Part shown: positions 61,177 to 64,000 of the stretch, one piece after another
Position numbering within the stretch: position 1 is the first letter of the stretch
Layout of the letters: each line of letters begins with the position of its first letter
Assembly: GCF_963921235.1 (NCBI RefSeq)
Contig: NC_086108.1
Coordinates: 86,120,001 to 86,184,000, forward strand
Length of the DNA stretch: 64,000 nt
Direction of reading: 5' to 3'
Source: Mobula hypostoma
Lineage: Eukaryota
Translations under genes and position numbers: made by a program
Notes under the pieces: generated by a model
Told to the model about the DNA's origin: nothing
The model's database searches: none
The model's input: the letters and a program-made list of their open reading frames with translations, nothing else

Positions 61177-61958
61177 TTGCCCTTACACGTCCTCCCTCAC
61201 TACCATTCAGGGCCCCAGACAGTCCTTCCAGATGAGGTGACACTTCACCTATGAGTTGGCGGGGGTGATATACTGCGTCCGGTGCTCCCGATGTGGTCTT
61301 CTATATATTGGTGAGACTCGATGCAGACTGGGAGATAGTTTCGATGAACACCTACGCTCTGTTCGCCAGAGAAAGCAGGATCTCCCAGTAGCCACACATT
61401 TTAATTCCACGTCCCATTCCCATTCTGATATGTCTATCCACGGCCTCCTCTACTGTAAAGATGAAGCCACACTCAGGTTGGAGGAACAGCACCTTATATT
61501 CCTCCTGGGTAGCCTCCAACCTGATGGCATGAACATTGACTACTCAAACTTCCACTAATGCTCCACCTCCCCCTCATACCCCATCAGTTATTTATTTATA
61601 TACACACATTCTTTTTCTCTTTCTCCTTTTTCTCCCTCTGTCCCTCTCACTATACCACTTATCCATCCTCTGGGCTTCCCCCCTTCCCCTTTTCTTTCTG
61701 CCTAGGCCTCCTCTCCCATGATCCTCTCATATCCCCTTTTGCCAATCAACTGTCCAGCTCTTGGCTCCATGCCTCCCCCTCCTGTCTTCTCCTATCATTT
61801 CGGATCTCCCCCTCCCCCTCCCACTTTCAAATCTCTTACTAGCTCTTCTTTCAGTTAGTCCTGATGAAGGGTCTCGGCCTGAAACGTTGACTGTACCTCT
61901 TCTTAGAGATGCCGCCTGGCATGTTGCGTTCACCAGCAATTTTTATGTGTGTTGAGTG
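61177..61958 (+). mobile_element. Young Penelope-like element 3' fragment (GIY-YIG endonuclease plus terminal repeat)
   Basis: ORF 61256-61558 reads GVIYCVRCSRCGLLYIGETRCRLGDSFDEH..RLEEQHLIFLLGSLQPDGMN. 11-bp TSD AAGTAAAATAC at 61166-61176 and 61959-61969. Confidence 0.92.
61857..61892 (+). ncRNA. Minimal type I hammerhead ribozyme motif, intact core
   Basis: AGUC-CUGAUGA-AGGGUCUCGGCCU-GAAAC-GUU^GACU; stem III is the palindrome AACGUU. Confidence 0.82.
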
Positions 61959-63410
61959 AAGTAAAATACAAAGTCTCGTTTTCCATTTCATTCGGTGATA
62001 TTCAGCTGAATGAGTCATGCCTCTTTGTTCATGGATTCATTGCTGAGTCCATTGGCGTGCAGGAGATCAGATGGCTTGTGAATTGTAAATGGTAATGCAC
62101 GGACCAAGAACTCGGGAAAATGAGCTGGTTGCCAAGCAGAGTCAAAAGGGTAGGTGTTTCAGGCACTATTGACTGGATGGGCATCATAAATTTCATCCCA
62201 TTATTTGGAAGAAATGATCAACCACAGGTACAAAGGGAACCTTAAGTGTGATACTCTAAAACAATTGAACAAATGGGAGTTACACATTACGTGATGTAGT
62301 TTGTGATTTCTCACCCACAGTCATGCAGTTCTTCACTGTTGAATGCCAATTTGTGAGATTGTGTAGAACTATGTGCTTACAACCAATGGTATAAAATTAT
62401 TATAAATCATTAACACACATTTCAAGAGCGAACGATTTAGTCAATTTTTTGAGTATTAAACATAATTAAACAATTAATCTTGGCTCCATGCAAATGGACT
62501 GTATGACAAATTGGAAGCTTTAATCTTAATTTTAATCATCAGTAAGTCTACGTGTTTCAGTATATGAGCATAGGAAAGTGGAAGCTGCATAAATTTTAGT
62601 TACTGCTTGTGTTCAGCCTGTATGCATAAGGTACTCGAAGTTAGATCAAAGGCTTACAACCACAATTAAATAGAGAGGAGATTTTCCCTTTGTAAATGCA
62701 TTTAATTTCAGTCCAGCTAAACCACACATTTAGGTTATTGTAATAGCATACCATTTGCTATAGTGGTAGTGGGCTTCAGAAAGTTGCTGCATTCCTCATA
62801 ATTCATCATATCTGCATTGCAGTTTACAGCCTGATACATTTGGTTTCAATGTATTCAACCATCATTTTGTAATGCCTAGAAAATTATAAAAAGGCTCCAA
62901 TCAATACCAGAAAGATAAATGCAACCCCTCAAGTCTGACCATTTAACAAGTCAGTTTGGTTCAGTGGGTATGAGGAATGGTCTTTAGCATTAAGTTTGAT
63001 GTAAATATCTGAGTAAGTTCCTATTAATATATAAAAAAATTTAGATGCACTCCAAGTGCATTATTGTCATACTTCTGTAGAGGCATAATGCATATTGCAA
63101 AAAACATTGCCCAAACTATACATATTGAGTTAGGATGCAGTTCTAAGCATCCTTTTATTGATTTGGCTACTCTTCTGAGTGATTCTCATAGGAAGAGCAC
63201 CTTGATCATATTTGTAAGGATTAAAAATTGTGTAGGAGACATGTATCTGTCTGTCTGTATTGTAGTTTGTGTTAGGTGTTTATCATGTTTATTATGGGTA
63301 ATTAGTCATGTTGGTTGGGGCATGGTAGTAGATATGAGTTTAGTTATCTATTCACGCTTTGTCTTTAGTTTAGTTTAGTTTGGGTAGAGGTAGGGAGTGG
63401 GCCAGGGGTG

Positions 63411-64000
63411 ATACAGAAACATAGAAACATAGAAAAACTACAACACAATACAGGCCCTTCGGCCCGTAAAGTTGTGCTGAACATGTCCCGACCTTAAAAA
63501 TTACTAGGCTTACACATAGCCTTCTATTTTTACTAAGCTCTATGTACCTATCCAAAAGTTCCTTAAAAGACACTATCGTATCTGCCTCCACCACGTTTTC
63601 CGGCAGCCCATTCCACGCACTCATCACCCTCCGCGTAAAAAACATACCCCAATATCTCCTCTGTACCTACTCTCCAGCACCTTAAACCTATGTCCTCTTG
63701 TGGCAACCATTTCAGCCCTGGGGAAAAAAAATTCTGACTATCTACACGATCAATGCCTCTCATCATCTTATACATCTCTATCAGGTCACCTCTCATCCTC
63801 CGTCACTCCAAAGAGAAAAGGCAGAGTTCACTCAACCTGTTTTCATAAGGCCTGCTCCCCAATTCAGGCAACATCTTTGTAAATCTCCTCTGCACCCTTT
63901 CTATGGCTTCCACATCCTTTCTGTAGTGAGGCGACCAGAACTGAGCACAGTACTCCAAGTGGGGTCTGACCAGGGTCCTATATAGCTGCAACATTACCTC
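63411..64000 (-). mobile_element. CR1 LINE 3' end, continuing beyond the window
   Basis: [47 protein letters not shown] and the (TTTCTATG)n tail. Confidence 0.92.

Noticed and set aside
63364..63435. (TTTAG)n and (CATAGAAA)n short tandem repeats
   Set aside because: A simple microsatellite and the ordinary CR1 3' tail; not telomeric and not an array.

Overview
This is eukaryotic, not prokaryotic, DNA: about 64 kb of repeat-dense vertebrate intronic or intergenic sequence. The mix of abundant CR1 LINEs, V-SINE-like and Deu-domain SINEs suggests a cartilaginous fish (inference). I found no host protein-coding exon, rRNA, true tRNA or CRISPR array. All recognisable ORFs belong to transposable elements: many CR1 LINEs (esterase ORF1, APE-RT ORF2), Rex1/Babar LINEs, Penelope-like elements (GIY-YIG), a decayed sushi-type chromodomain Ty3/Gypsy provirus, solo LTRs, Tc1 transposons and SINEs, often nested several levels deep. 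Two signals stand out. (i) Nine minimal hammerhead-ribozyme motifs sit in Penelope terminal repeats; two have an intact core, and some lie in tiny TSD-flanked non-coding insertions. (ii) A multi-copy family of non-coding retroposons has a YY1-like AAGATGGCG head, no Pol III boxes and a Rex1-type 3' tail. One copy supplies an in-frame N-terminus to a 5'-truncated Rex1 ORF2. Boundaries without a stated TSD or TIR are approximate, and family names come from motif recognition, not database searches.
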